A stretch of DNA of 64,000 nucleotides from Perna viridis (taxonomy: Eukaryota): contig CM074521.1 of assembly GCA_037379345.1 (NCBI GenBank), forward strand, positions 17,570,704 through 17,634,703. Direction: 5' to 3'. The notes under the pieces were generated by a model. It saw nothing but the letters and a program-made list of their open reading frames with translations, ran no database searches and was not told where the DNA came from. A program made the translations under genes and the position numbers. This document shows, in pieces, positions 1 through 11,900 of the stretch (its first letter is position 1; the number at the start of each line of letters is the position of its first letter).

Positions 1-604
1 ACATTTTTCTTACATTTGTGGAGTCATCTTTGAAAAAAGGGACACTAGCTGAAAGGGGCAAGATAACATAGGTAAAGAAATGGTTGTCCATTTTTTACAT
101 TTGTCACAACTATCTCTCTCCCATCATCTGGATGGATTGATTTCAAATTTTATACAGACTGGTTATATATTATGTTATTTGGTTTACTGTCTGTTCTCAA
201 CTCCTTTTTATGGTACTTTCCCAATTTTTCACTATTTGGAATGAGTATACATACAGAATAATGGCAGTTTTGAAGGTAAGGCAGAAAATTTTACTGTGAG
301 CCCATTAGGGCAAGATGTGATGTTCTGTTTAGTTGTTCAAAACTGACATAATTCTGTTTATCTGCAACATCATTGTGAATTTGACTTAGTAGGATGAAAC
401 AGAAATTATCAGGCATAAGAACAATAGAAAAACAATAAAAATGCCAGTGATTAGCATTACAAGGTGTGAAACTGCACATTACAGTTTTAAGAAAAACCTC
501 TGTAAATACAATATTGTTCACTTATAATTCAATCCTAAGTTGTGGGCAGATGTACATCAGGTCATTAAAAGTTCCCATTTAATAGATGTAATTTATTCTT
601 ACAG

Positions 605-708
605 ATTTAGAGTTTGAGAAAGATCCTGAAGCCTTGATCAGTATTCTCAATGATGAAGGGATTGCACCAGTCACAAAAGAAACAAGGCAGACCTTTGCTG
701 GATCAGCA
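605..708 (+). CDS. TROAP: Tastin/TROAP-like protein, first visible internal exon
   Basis: ttacAG acceptor and GTatgt donor. Translates (D)LEFEKDPEALISILNDEGIAPVTKETRQTFAGSA, resembling the tastin N-terminal block EFVADPAALATILSGEG as recalled. Confidence 0.85.
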
Positions 709-915
709 GTATGTATAATGATTTGTTGCTATAGACACTTTAAAGTGATAGATTAAAATGCCAGTATCAAGCTTATAATATTGTGAAATTTCAACTTCTG
801 AAAAGTCTATTTGGCATATTTATGAATTAAAATGATGTGAATCATGGCATAGGGAAATGCAAACTGTTATGTCATAATTACATTTATGTCTGAATGACGT
901 ATAGACAATAACACT

Positions 916-1041
916 GCACTGACCTGACATAAAACTGATGTATGGATTAGGTTTAGAACTGCAGGAAAATGTACGGCTTCGCCGAGCATTTTACAGGTTC
1001 AAGCTAAAATTTTTATATCAAAGTTTTTGTCAGGTCACTGC
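916..1041. repeat. Imperfect palindromic element (possibly Crypton-like non-autonomous)
   Basis: Arms gcactgacctgacataaaac / gtttttgtcaggtcactgc with a central cggcttcgccg hairpin. Confidence 0.55.
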
Positions 1042-2167
1042 TATACTGCAACAAAAAATGTAAAAGAAAAACATGTTTAAAGCAAATAAAACAACATTTT
1101 TTTTATTTGAAGCGGGCGACATCCTTGCAACTTCAAAACAAGATTAGTGACGTCACAAAAGAAAGCTATGTTCAGTCAGTGACTATATATCGCTTGTAAA
1201 TATACAGTCAATGCATTTTGACTGCTCAGATAGAACGGTTGCAGTTTAAAACTAAATATTGTCTGAAAAACACATGAAAGAATATGAGTAAATTCAACTT
1301 AAGAATTTTAGGAATTGGTTTGTTAAAAGTGTAAAAGGAATGGTAAAGGGCAATCTGTATACTTGAAGGGAGCTGTTATGTTACAAACAGCTTATGTTGT
1401 ACATTTATGAGAATTTTATAGTTCAGGGCATGAACTGTATATTTTCTCTTCAATTATCTTTCACAAAATTTGCCATTTTTTTTCATTCATTTGACTTTAT
1501 TTTCATCTTCATTTTCTAGAAGAAATATTAACTATTAGCTACCTTCCTACCTTTAGGGATTGTTTTCGATCGTTGAATAGATTATTGGATATAAATGACT
1601 TTGGGTTGGTTTACATTGAATAAACTTTGAAGCAGTTCATGTTGCAGCGTAAACCAACAGTTGAAACCTATTCTTATATTTTAATTCAAATACACTAGAA
1701 AACAAATAAAAGAAATTGTTTTTCTAATATGAAATCGACATTTTTACCCCTATCATGCTTGCTGTGATATTTTCTGCTTCCACTTCAAAACTGCCGTCAT
1801 TCTGTATTTATTATGATTGTACTGACTGAAGAGAAATTTTATCTACTAAATTTCTTAGAGAAAAGATTTCAAAATTCACAAAAATTGTAGATATCATTTA
1901 AGGTCTGCATTTCATAAAAAAAAATCTAAATATTTCTCAAGTTCTCTTAGTTGTTATTTTCAAGCTATCTGATTGGTTGAAATTCAAGTTGAGGAATCAT
2001 TTTAGGAAAATCTTTTTTGAAATAACTTCAACAAATATAATGAACTCACCAAGCCTCATTGATATTCTGGTTTTCATTCATTGTTTTGCCCATTTGTTTT
2101 CTAATATCAGTGATTAGAAGTATTTAACAAATAGCTGTCTGATTAAAAATAAAATTTATTTCCATAG

Positions 2168-2306
2168 TGTCGACCATCATTGTTACATCACCCTCTCCCA
2201 GCCAGACAGTCCTGTATATCTTCACTCACAAAGAAACCCCTGTCAAAAACCGATACAGAGAACTTATTAAAGTCCATAAAAGATCAACAACAGAGAACAA
2301 TGCATG
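2168..2306 (+). CDS. TROAP: Tastin-like exon
   Basis: ccatAG...GTatga, 139 nt, phase 0 to 1, open: CRPSLLHHPLPARQSCISSLTKKPLSKTDTENLLKSIKDQQQRTMH. Phase fits both neighbours. Confidence 0.8.
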
Positions 2307-2886
2307 GTATGATTATTTGAAAAGGCTACTAAAAGGGAAATTAATTGGGACTGTGAACTATCAAAATTTATTATACAGGGGGGCATTCATTAATTCACTA
2401 CCAACAATACCATTTATGAGAAAGCTTAAACATGTACAATCTTGTGGCAAGTAAAGTTCTTTCGTAGATGGAATCCAGTGATGCCCAATAATTGATGAAA
2501 AAACCTTGAAAAAATACAGAAATCAAATACAAGACTGGAAACCTCACCTCAACAGTTATATATCTTACCATTTTTGGCTCTCCGTGATATCGGGACAATT
2601 TTTTCTTCACCTACAAAATTTATTTTATTCTATATATATTTATTCCCCCTCCTATTCATACCATATATAAAATGATTCAATTGGAATGGTTTTTACAGCA
2701 TAACATTAAAATGTTTACGTCTCAATGACTCAAAGCAGCACAAAAATATGTGGATGACAAGGGTATTCTCAGTGAGTTTTATTATTAGTATTTCAAGCTA
2801 TGTATCATAAAAAATATATACATTTAAAAAATTGAAACTGATTACTGTGAATATGAATATGTGTTTTTGTTGGTTTTTCCCACCAG

Positions 2887-3194
2887 ATAATAATGCCAGC
2901 AAATCACCATTTAGATCTGCTCCTATCGCTGTTCATGACTCACCATTTGGACAGAGAATTGTCAGATCAGTAAGGAATTCTATTTATGGTGACTACCAGG
3001 TATGTCCAATGTCAAATCCTGCTGTTTTTGGACCTAAAAGCTTAGCCATGAGGGATCGCCAGCAAAACCCTTTCTCAAGCCCTTCCCTCAGGGGTGCAGG
3101 AAGTCAAAATAGTAAAGAACAAGCATGCTGTCATGGAAGCCCTGCTTTGACTTCAGAAAATCTTAATGATGTAGAGAAGAATGCTAATGAACAG
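2887..3194 (+). CDS. TROAP: Tastin-like exon
   Basis: Pyrimidine tract plus caccAG, donor CAG|GTataa, phase 1 to 0. Same frame as ORF 2832..3200 (DNNASKSPFRSAP...NANEQ), rich in SP sites. Confidence 0.85.
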
Positions 3195-3569
3195 GTATAA
3201 GGACTGCTTTTTGGGCATAGTTTTAAATCATGTGTGTTTTAGATTCACCATTTTTAAAAAAAGCCTAAAGTTTTTATGTACTAATTCATATCAAATTGAG
3301 ATACTGCCAATGGTATAGTGACTTATGGAAAAGAAAACTACACTGCAGAAACACAACTTTTGGGTCTACATATACCATATTTTTTAAGTAGTTATAGCTG
3401 TTTCTGTATGCAGATATGATGTAGAGAAAATCCTTCATTTATGTTCCAATTAAATCAACCAGATCCAGGATAACAATATATACAGTCTATATCAGTGTAA
3501 CAACTGAAGGATGAATTATGGCCTTTTTTTTGTTTGTTTGTTTATTTTTTTTAATTTTGTGGTCTATAA

Positions 3570-3901
3570 GGCCAAATAATATTAATCAGTAAAGTCTCGT
3601 CTTCTCCTGCCCCTAAAATTTGGAAAAAAAATTAAAAAATCGGGGTGAATTTCAAAATCAGGATTTTTTTCACATCAGTATTGAGTATACTATAACACTC
3701 TAATCTTTCATTTCTTGGTAACTAAACAATGTTTCTTCTCTGAAACTGATGTGGCTATGGATTTAGAACATATCTATACTTCAAATAGCTCAAATTAAGC
3801 CAGCAAATATCTAGTAAGAAATAAAAAATAAAATCCTCCCACTCTTCCCATGTTTATTTATGAATGTTGGATGAAAACCTACCATTTAATTTCATTTGGC
3901 C
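3570..3901. mobile_element. MITE with GGCC termini and TAA TSD (Zator- or Harbinger-like)
   Basis: TAA|GGCCAAAT...ATTTGGCC|TAA. Related copies at 43593-43814 and 48923-49157. Confidence 0.65.
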
Positions 3902-4408
3902 TAATGGTTTCTGAATAAGAAATAAAAGTGAATATGATGGGTTTATGACATGCATGAATTACGTTCTGTCTGAATTTTGTAAGGACTGCTACTTATATGC
4001 TAAACACCTTTTATTTCCAGTCTATTTCATATTTCATATCAGCACCACAGTTTTCTTTTTTTTGATAATCCCTTGTATAGTTCAAACACTGATAATAGAG
4101 ATAAAATAGTTGACTCAGTTACCTGTTACAGTATTCTTATCTGCATGTTCAAAACCAAGTATAAAATGTTTCATCGTTTAGATTATTGAACATATAAATA
4201 AGTTGTAAAAAAGATTTCTCATAAAAGATGATTTATTATTGTAGAATTGGGAGAAAAGTTACACTATTTAAAGCTGAGGTCACGTTGTTGTCTCTTGGAT
4301 CACATATTCAGTTAGGTTTTTGTAATTTTAAATAGAGTTATCTCCCATTGAACATTTTGATGGGCCAACTACTGGTTGATGACTTTTTAATTACTTTATT
4401 GTTTTCAG

Positions 4409-4477
4409 CATAAGTCAGTTAAGTGGGCAGATGTTTTGAACAGTTATTCCTATTACAGTCCATGTGCAGTACCTAAG
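4409..4477 (+). CDS. TROAP: Tastin-like exon containing KSVKW
   Basis: ttttcAG...AAG|GTaaga, 69 nt, phase 0/0: HKSVKWADVLNSYSYYSPCAVPK. Confidence 0.8.
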
Positions 4478-6538
4478 GTAAGAATTAAGTATTAAGAAAC
4501 AACGTGCTTAGTAAAATTTTGGATTAGTTGGTGAGGATTTTTTAAATTTTAATATCTGTCTGTTTGAACAAAGTAAGAAAATAACATGATTGGTAATAAA
4601 TTCACAACCAAATTTAGAAGCATGAAAAAATACTGGAAAAAAGAGGCAGTGGTAACAAAGGACTTGAGTCAAGAACCTGAGAACTGGCTCTGAAAATTTG
4701 CAATCTTCAAATATCTGACAATCGACTTATTTTCTGTTGTTTGATAGCTTATTGTATAACATCTGTGATAGTTGGGAAATTAAGGAAGTTTGACGAGGAA
4801 CAAAGTTCATAAAACCCAATCAAAATACATGCAGCACCAAAAATTGTCACTTTTTGTTTTTTGTTTTTTTTTCACATTAGAATGTACAGAATGTTTGTGT
4901 CTTAAACTTGAAAAATTATTGCAAGATTTATTGATGCAAGAAAAACATTTTCATCAGCAGCCCGAAGTAGGTATGATCTACATTCAAAGAGTGAAAGGTC
5001 CTGGATTTTTTTTTTTTTTTGCATCTTAAATGAAAGGTCCTCCAAATGAAAGTGGAGGGTCATCAGTAAGAGAAAATGTAAATTCTGGTAGGTTCAGGAC
5101 CCAACTCCATGAAACTTCAATGAAGTGCTAATTTGAACCCCTTATACATGCTTCAGATTCCACAAAATGTATAAATTTGGTTTTTGATTAATGTCAAATG
5201 ACCCAGTAAATTGACAAGAATGCACCATGCAAAAGAATGAAATCAGATTATTTTAGAAGTACAAGTTCAGTCAAAATACTGTTAGGCATTTTTGACCCAT
5301 CTGTCTGTCTGTCACAACTACTTTTTGCCTGGATAGTACATCAATTTTTTTTTTTGTGAAGGGTTAAAAGCAATAAAATGTTGGATTATATTGATTTTCA
5401 CAGAAATTGGTTAGGGGGTCCACTTTTTATTTGTTTATAGGGAATTAAGTTTTTCAAACAAGGTTAAATGTGTGTGAGCGTGTTCACTATGGTTCTTTAA
5501 GGCCTTGATTTAAACCAAGTTGTATAGATTGTGATAGAATTTACTGCTTTCTCATTTGTATTTAGTTTCAATGATATGGTCACAGATAGTTCTGTTGCTA
5601 ATAGATTGCTTTTAGGTGGAATTTAAGCATTGGAATGCCTATCAAAAATTTATAAATTAGGGTAATTAGATCACATTCGCTAAATTTGTTTTCTCTTTGA
5701 GAAAATTGTTAATTCTTTTCACTATTTAAGAACAGGAATTTCAACATTTTCAATATGCTTCACTGCAATGATAATTCTAACAGACAGTTACATTAAACTT
5801 CGTGTAATTATATCAAAATTAATTAAAATTTTCCTCATTTTAATGATTGCTGTTCATATCATATTTTGACCTTCAAGTTATTTGTGAAATTCTTTCTAAA
5901 TACCAGACAAATCAGACATAATAATTTTACAGATCACTGAGATATATCATGTTGGAAAGACAAAATAAGATTTTGTCTATGCCAACCTGCAAGGAATTTT
6001 CTTTGTCTCCTGTCCCGCAGTTGTAATTCCTGTGAACTTTGCCAAAAATGTTTTAGGTCATAATGAGTTCTGAGATTAGTTTAGCCAAGGAGAGTTTCTG
6101 GTTTCTTTAAGACTTTGCCAACAACGTGATTTTACTATGTCTAAGATTGTATTATTGAAATAACATTACTTTGATGAACATGCATATCAGCATATGACAG
6201 CTGAAGTACCCTTTTACAGTCTTAACTAGCGATGATTTTCCCACACCACACTCTTGGCAAATGAAACTCATGAGAAAACAGTTTACAGATCTTTATAGAA
6301 CTAATTTATTCAAAAGAGTGTTTAATCAAAGCTTGTATTAACCAAAAGTTCAGATTAGTTGGGCTAAATCAAGAGCAAAGAACATTTTTTATTGGGGCAG
6401 GGTAGAGATAAAAGAATAATAATTGTGCAGGAGTTGTGCTATATATACATAACATGGACGAATGTAGCCACCATAATAGCCAAAATGTAAAAAATCTAAA
6501 GTAAAATGGCAAAAGTCTCCATATTTTCAACCTGACTA

Positions 6539-7296
6539 CAGTGTGGGAAACCATTTTTTTCCCATACTGGCTAGTGGAATATTGATCTTCCTATCCAAGT
6601 AGAAATTCAACTAGCAAAATTTGTTGGTTTTTTTTTTTATCTGTACTATCATCTGTTTTCTCTTGGATTTGACTGTCTTCTGCCTTTCTTTTTCTTTCTT
6701 CAACTACATGTATCTTTTCATTTGTTTCTGAATTGGTAAAAAAACTTTTCCATTTTCGAATATTCTCTCCTGTTGAAGCTTTTCAAGTACTTAAAGTACT
6801 CCATTTCTGAACTCATATTTTAAAAATAAAATTATATTTCAACAGATTCATCATGAAACAAGGAAATGTTTATCATTTGCTTCTTGTTCATTTTTATTTT
6901 GACAATAAACAACTAATTTGCAAGGTAACAAATCTTAAGTTACAAAAATAATTTCGTTTGAATACTAATACGAGATTGGGACTGTTGCGTATGTTTTGGC
7001 ACATCCCGTTTACCGGAAATGAAAATGGCAGATCGTAAACAATGCTTTACAAGTCAATAAAATTGTGCAAAATTCACTTGACATATTCAAGCTAAACTTC
7101 TTAATATGTAGGGAACATATTTTTATTGTATGATGTTAAGGGATGTTTAACTAAATAAGCTGTTGGCTGGTTAACTTTCCTTGAAACTCGTCAATCAAAT
7201 GACGGTCGCCAAAGTGACGAGTGTAAGCTAATGAGCTCACCAAATTACACATCTACTCGTATTTGGCGAGCTGGCGAGTGGTGGTTTCACACACTG
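6539..7296. mobile_element. Non-autonomous DNA transposon, hAT-like termini
   Basis: 15-bp TIR CAGTGTG(G/T)GAAACCA with TGACTA duplicated on both flanks (6533-6538, 7297-7302), and repeated TGGCGAG/TCGCCA subterminal motifs. Confidence 0.7.
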
Positions 7297-7327
7297 TGAC
7301 TACTTAGGGGAACTTTGTATAAACCAA

Positions 7328-7798
7328 GCCCGGTGCAGGTCCAGGTGTTAAAAGAGTAGGCCTGCAGCAAAGCTAAGCTTGTCGTAAAAGGCGACTAAAT
7401 AGTGCTCAGAAACCTAGCCGGGGGCTTGGCGCTCTGGCCACAATGGAATGGGGTACCTCTGGCATGTTACATGCTGGGGTTGTCAGGCTATAATATGGAA
7501 AACCTGGCCGCGACCCATAGTGGTGCACTGTGCTGGGAAAGATGTCACTTTCCTTGCACGTTAAAGAACTCTTTTGTGGTATTCGATAGGAGTAGGAACC
7601 TTTGCGCTCTGCCACAGGAGGCTAAATTGCCCGACCTTACCCATTCCTTCCTTTTTCTAGTTGATTTCAAAATTTTTTGACCCTATTATCCTTGTGTCCC
7701 ATCCCTTTTTTTCATCTCATCATCCATTTCATGTTCATTGTCTGAATATAGCTGAAATATTGCTGCTCGGACGTTAAACCCCAACAATCAGTCAATCA
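7328..7798 (+). mobile_element. SINE-like retroposon with Deu/Nin-like central domain and (CAAT)n tail
   Basis: 12-bp TSD TGTATAAACCAA (7316-7327, 7799-7810). Central tgcacgttaaagaac...ttcgataggagtagg resembles the Deu/Nin domain. Tail ggacgttaaaccccaacaatcagtcaatca. Confidence 0.85.
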
Positions 7799-8799
7799 TG
7801 TATAAACCAAAAGAGTTATGGAGTTATTTCCCTTGTTTACATTTCAATGATATTGTCTGAAGTAATAACCAGAATCTAAAACGTGTTTGTACTTATGAAT
7901 TGTGATAACAGATAGATTGCATTCTTACTGATGAAGAATTATGTTTTGTGATAATTTCATAATTATTGATAAAGAAAATCCTTTTTCACAATTAGTCTTC
8001 TTAAACATTTTTTATACAACACTAATTTGACATGAAGTAATATATTGCATTTTCCTTATCTCTTAATTATGCCATTATTCTGAAAAGTAACTTTTACAAT
8101 GCCATTATTCTTGCACTTTCAAAGATAAAGATGAAAAGATACCTCCAACACATGTAGATATCATCAAAATTTTGACAACTGTTGCTCTTTTCACTTTATG
8201 ATATGTTTTTCTTGATTTTACGGTCTTTAGTCAGACCTGTCAGCCACCAGCAGGGGGCAACTGAACTTCTTGGTGCTGTGTTTATGGTAAAGTAATAGTT
8301 CCTAGTTTATGTGAAGATGTTGGTTATAATGCTACTTATGTTATCTATCAAAACATGTATGAAGTTTTGTGGAGACTAAATCTTGTTTGATGTAGATGTG
8401 AAAACACTTAAAATGATTAAGCTGTTTGGAAGTAATTGGTTTATATAGTTCTAAAGCCCATGACTTGTGTATCAGTCTTAATCATATCTCTCTTATGTGA
8501 TAAAGGGTTCAGTATGCACTCTTTGTCCCTTTTCTAGTAGACTGTTTAGAAGAGTTTGTCCCAACTTGAGCCATTCAGTCTGTGTGTCACTCCTTCAGTT
8601 TAGGTATGTGTATTAGCAGGCATGGTTTTTCTCAGCTTTTTTGCCTCAGAAAAATAAAATCAAAATGTGCTGGATTTTGTATGAGCAGCTTGAAAATGAT
8701 GTTTTTGCCAGATTAACCCCCATTTTCAGCTTTTTTCTCAGCTGACCTTAGTCATGTCTGGTATTAGGCTTCTATACCTCTGCTTGAGAGTTGTTATAT

Positions 8800-8989
8800 A
8801 TTGAAACTTGTATAAACTGAACCCTGAAAGAAACATTAGAACCTGTCTAAACCACACTTTTCCAAGTCCCTTTATTTCAGTTTAAATGTTTTTTTGTTTT
8901 TTTTTTAACCTTGGTAAACTTAACACCTGTCTAATACAAGCCAATTTTAGAGTCCATAAGGTGGTCAGTTTAGACAGGTTTCTCTGTAC
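8800..8989. mobile_element. MITE with (A)CCTGTCTAAAC repeats
   Basis: Internal repeats aacctgtctaaacc and a terminal tttagacaggtttctctgta. Same family as the MITE interrupted at about 41682-42862. Confidence 0.5.
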
Positions 8990-11900
8990 ATAATGATAGT
9001 ATAATTGTTTGTCTGTCTGTCTGTTCATACATCAATCTGTCACATTTTAGTGAACTCAACTCATCTTACACAACTCTATCAGTTTCTTTGATAATTGGTT
9101 TATGAAGCAGACTAACAAAATAGTTTTGTTAGTGGAATAATCAGAAATAATTCAACAAGACTCAACATTATCACTTGTTTTAACATGTGCTGGCCATTTA
9201 AGTTTAGTAGATGATGATAACAAAGGATAGGATAACAACATAGCTTGCCCTCCTGGGGTAGAACAGTGGAAACATCAGTTTCATATCTGAACTATTTCTA
9301 AACTAAAGAGAGTTAGTATACTTTTTACATTTTTACTTTAGGAGTACGCCATATGGGTAGCTAGTAGGCATGACTATTTGAACTATTTGAATTTCCAATT
9401 AAACCCAAACTGTGTCTGTGGCAACTGTACTGTATAAATAGGGAGTGTTAATTTTTGCGAATTTAGTGGTCTGTCTGTAAACGCCAAAAACAAATTCAGC
9501 AATATAATAACTCTGGGCTTCAGTACCCAGTACACCAATTAGCATCTGCCAAAAATAGAGGAACACTAAAATTTGTCATGAACTTTTTGCCTTAGAACCA
9601 CCAAATAACCCGCCATACAATAGTTGAATTCCTGTGTGTATGCTAAATATGAAATTTTACCAATTCATTCTAATACGCAGCCCTTGTAAACAGGGACATT
9701 AACTGTGTTCACGATTTCTATTAAAAATTTCTATATCTCATTGAAATGAAGGACAAAATGTTGTTCAGAAGCTATCATGTTCCTCCAAATCATATGACAT
9801 TTTTATTGGATCTTATGAATTTAATGGCATTGGACTTAAATAGTCCTTGACAATTTGATCATTAGATTATCAGAAGATTTATCAAGTTTGTGTCCTCAAT
9901 ACCTATATATTACATCATTTTAGAAAAGTAAAATTTATATTTACTGCTTTTTATAACTTCACACAAAGAAGGTGGCATATTGGAATCACCTCTGTCTGTG
10001 CACCATTCAGTCCATCCCAATTTCATTGCAGTTATCTCAATTCCTATTTGACAGATTTATTTCAAATTTGGTATGTGGCTTTATATAGGTGATATTTTAA
10101 GCGATTTTGATTGCTATGTTATGTTTAGTATATGGTGTTTTTTTTAGATTGCCATACTAGTGGAGATATACATAAAAAGACAGGGCAAACAAATTTATTT
10201 TATTTATTTCCTGCAGTATGTTTGTTAAAAATAAAAAATGAAATATTAAACTAAAGTTTCACATCAGCTTTTTAACCTTCTAATTGAGAAATGGAAAATA
10301 AAGTTTTCGTTGCCAAATGATTGTAGGTAATTAGTCTATATATTATAGGTTTTTTATTTTAAACTACCAATTTTTCTTTTTAAAACAGAAACATTGTTTA
10401 AATGGCACACATGTTGTGAATTGTTTGTTACCACATGTATTTTTATACCCCAGACCCCATCCATAAATAAAGTTTGTAATGATAGTGTACATAGGAATCA
10501 CCCTATAAACATGTCTGTCTGTCTGTCTGTCTTTCCACATCTCCTGTTAATGCAATTTCTTCTTAACCGCTCAACAGATTTTCATGATTTTTTATAGGAA
10601 AGTTAGGCATCACATATAGGTGTACATGATGCAATACAATTATTGCCAATCAAGCTTGCCTGCAGCTATAATCCAACTTTATTAAAAGTGCAAGCTAGAC
10701 AATTTATAGACCACTCAGTGAGGTTACTCTTAGTTCAGTTTTTTTTTGTAATGCACATAATAAAAAGTTCTCTTTCAATGTGATTTTTTTAATGAAAATT
10801 TAAGTCATGTGTACTGTATCCATTATGCTTGCTTTAATTAGACAGACAGGAGGCTAATGAAAAAATAATCCAGCAAAATTATGGGCAATTTTAGTAGTGG
10901 AAAAATAAACAGATTAAATATTTAATTAGTAAGAAACAATAAATCACAACAAAGTTGACAGGTAGCATAAAGGCAGCATGGGTGGTCAGACAATGTTGAT
11001 AGAGTCAGCCTCCTGTGTGACTACTGTAACGGAAATGTCTAATACTCGGTATTGACACCAGGGACTGGAATGCTGGATTGGATGATTAAAGTTATTGCTG
11101 TTCTAATGCTTTTAGTTCTTGGAATGACCTGGCATAATTTTTTAAGCAATATTGTACATATCAAATCTACAATCATTTATGACATTTTATGGAACTTGTC
11201 TATCTAGTGAATTACTTCTGTTCCCAGGTTCAATCCAATCCATTGTGTAGACCATTAGTTGTAACATAACTGTTATTTTTTACAGGAAGATGACACCACT
11301 GTCAAAATCTGTTGGCCCACACACCATTCCTATTTCTACAACATTTGGTATCTATTTGAGAACAAATCCTGTTTTTTAATGTTTATTCTTTTGGGACAGT
11401 TTGAAATGTTTACGAGTTTTTGCTGTAGGTACAAGATTTTTATCTTGAATGCATTTGAATTTTAGCTGAAAGATGGAGGATGAATTGTTTTCACAGATTC
11501 AAAATTGATTCAAAAATACTTTACTGCTAATTAAACTGTTAAAGCAAGAAATTAAAGAAAAATTAACAAATTAGACTTGAAAAGATTTCATTGGTGCAGT
11601 CAAACTACATTTTTAAACTGACGGGAGGTGAAGAATGTTTGATTTAGACAGATTTTTTGCTTATTCAGGACTTGGTTTAGGCAGGTTTCACAGACTTGGA
11701 CTTTTTCAAGTTCCAAATTAATGGTCCACTCAAGTAGACTCAAAAGATCACAATAAAGTGTTAATGAATATAGTTGAAGGTCCAGGTCTTGGGTGAATAA
11801 GATTTCTTAGGTCTTAGGCTCGCTCAAAAATTAAGGGTCCCAGCCCTTAGACCCCTGCTAATTTGAACCCCTTGGTGACTTTCAAAATAGGGGGTTTATA

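Noticed and set aside
2167-2454. 95-aa ORF from the track
   Set aside because: Out of frame with the splice-consistent exon 2168-2306 and runs into intron.
6537-7298. Transib/RAG-like CACAGTG termini
   Set aside because: The left end reads TACAGTG and there is no 5-bp TSD in that register. The CAGTG/TGACTA register fits better.
7321-7335. Twister ribozyme fragment (CCAAGCCCGG)
   Set aside because: The match straddles the TSD/element junction and the other twister elements are missing.
7402-7680. ORFs 7402..7680 and 7406..7615
   Set aside because: Both lie within the GC-richer SINE body and show no protein-like signal.
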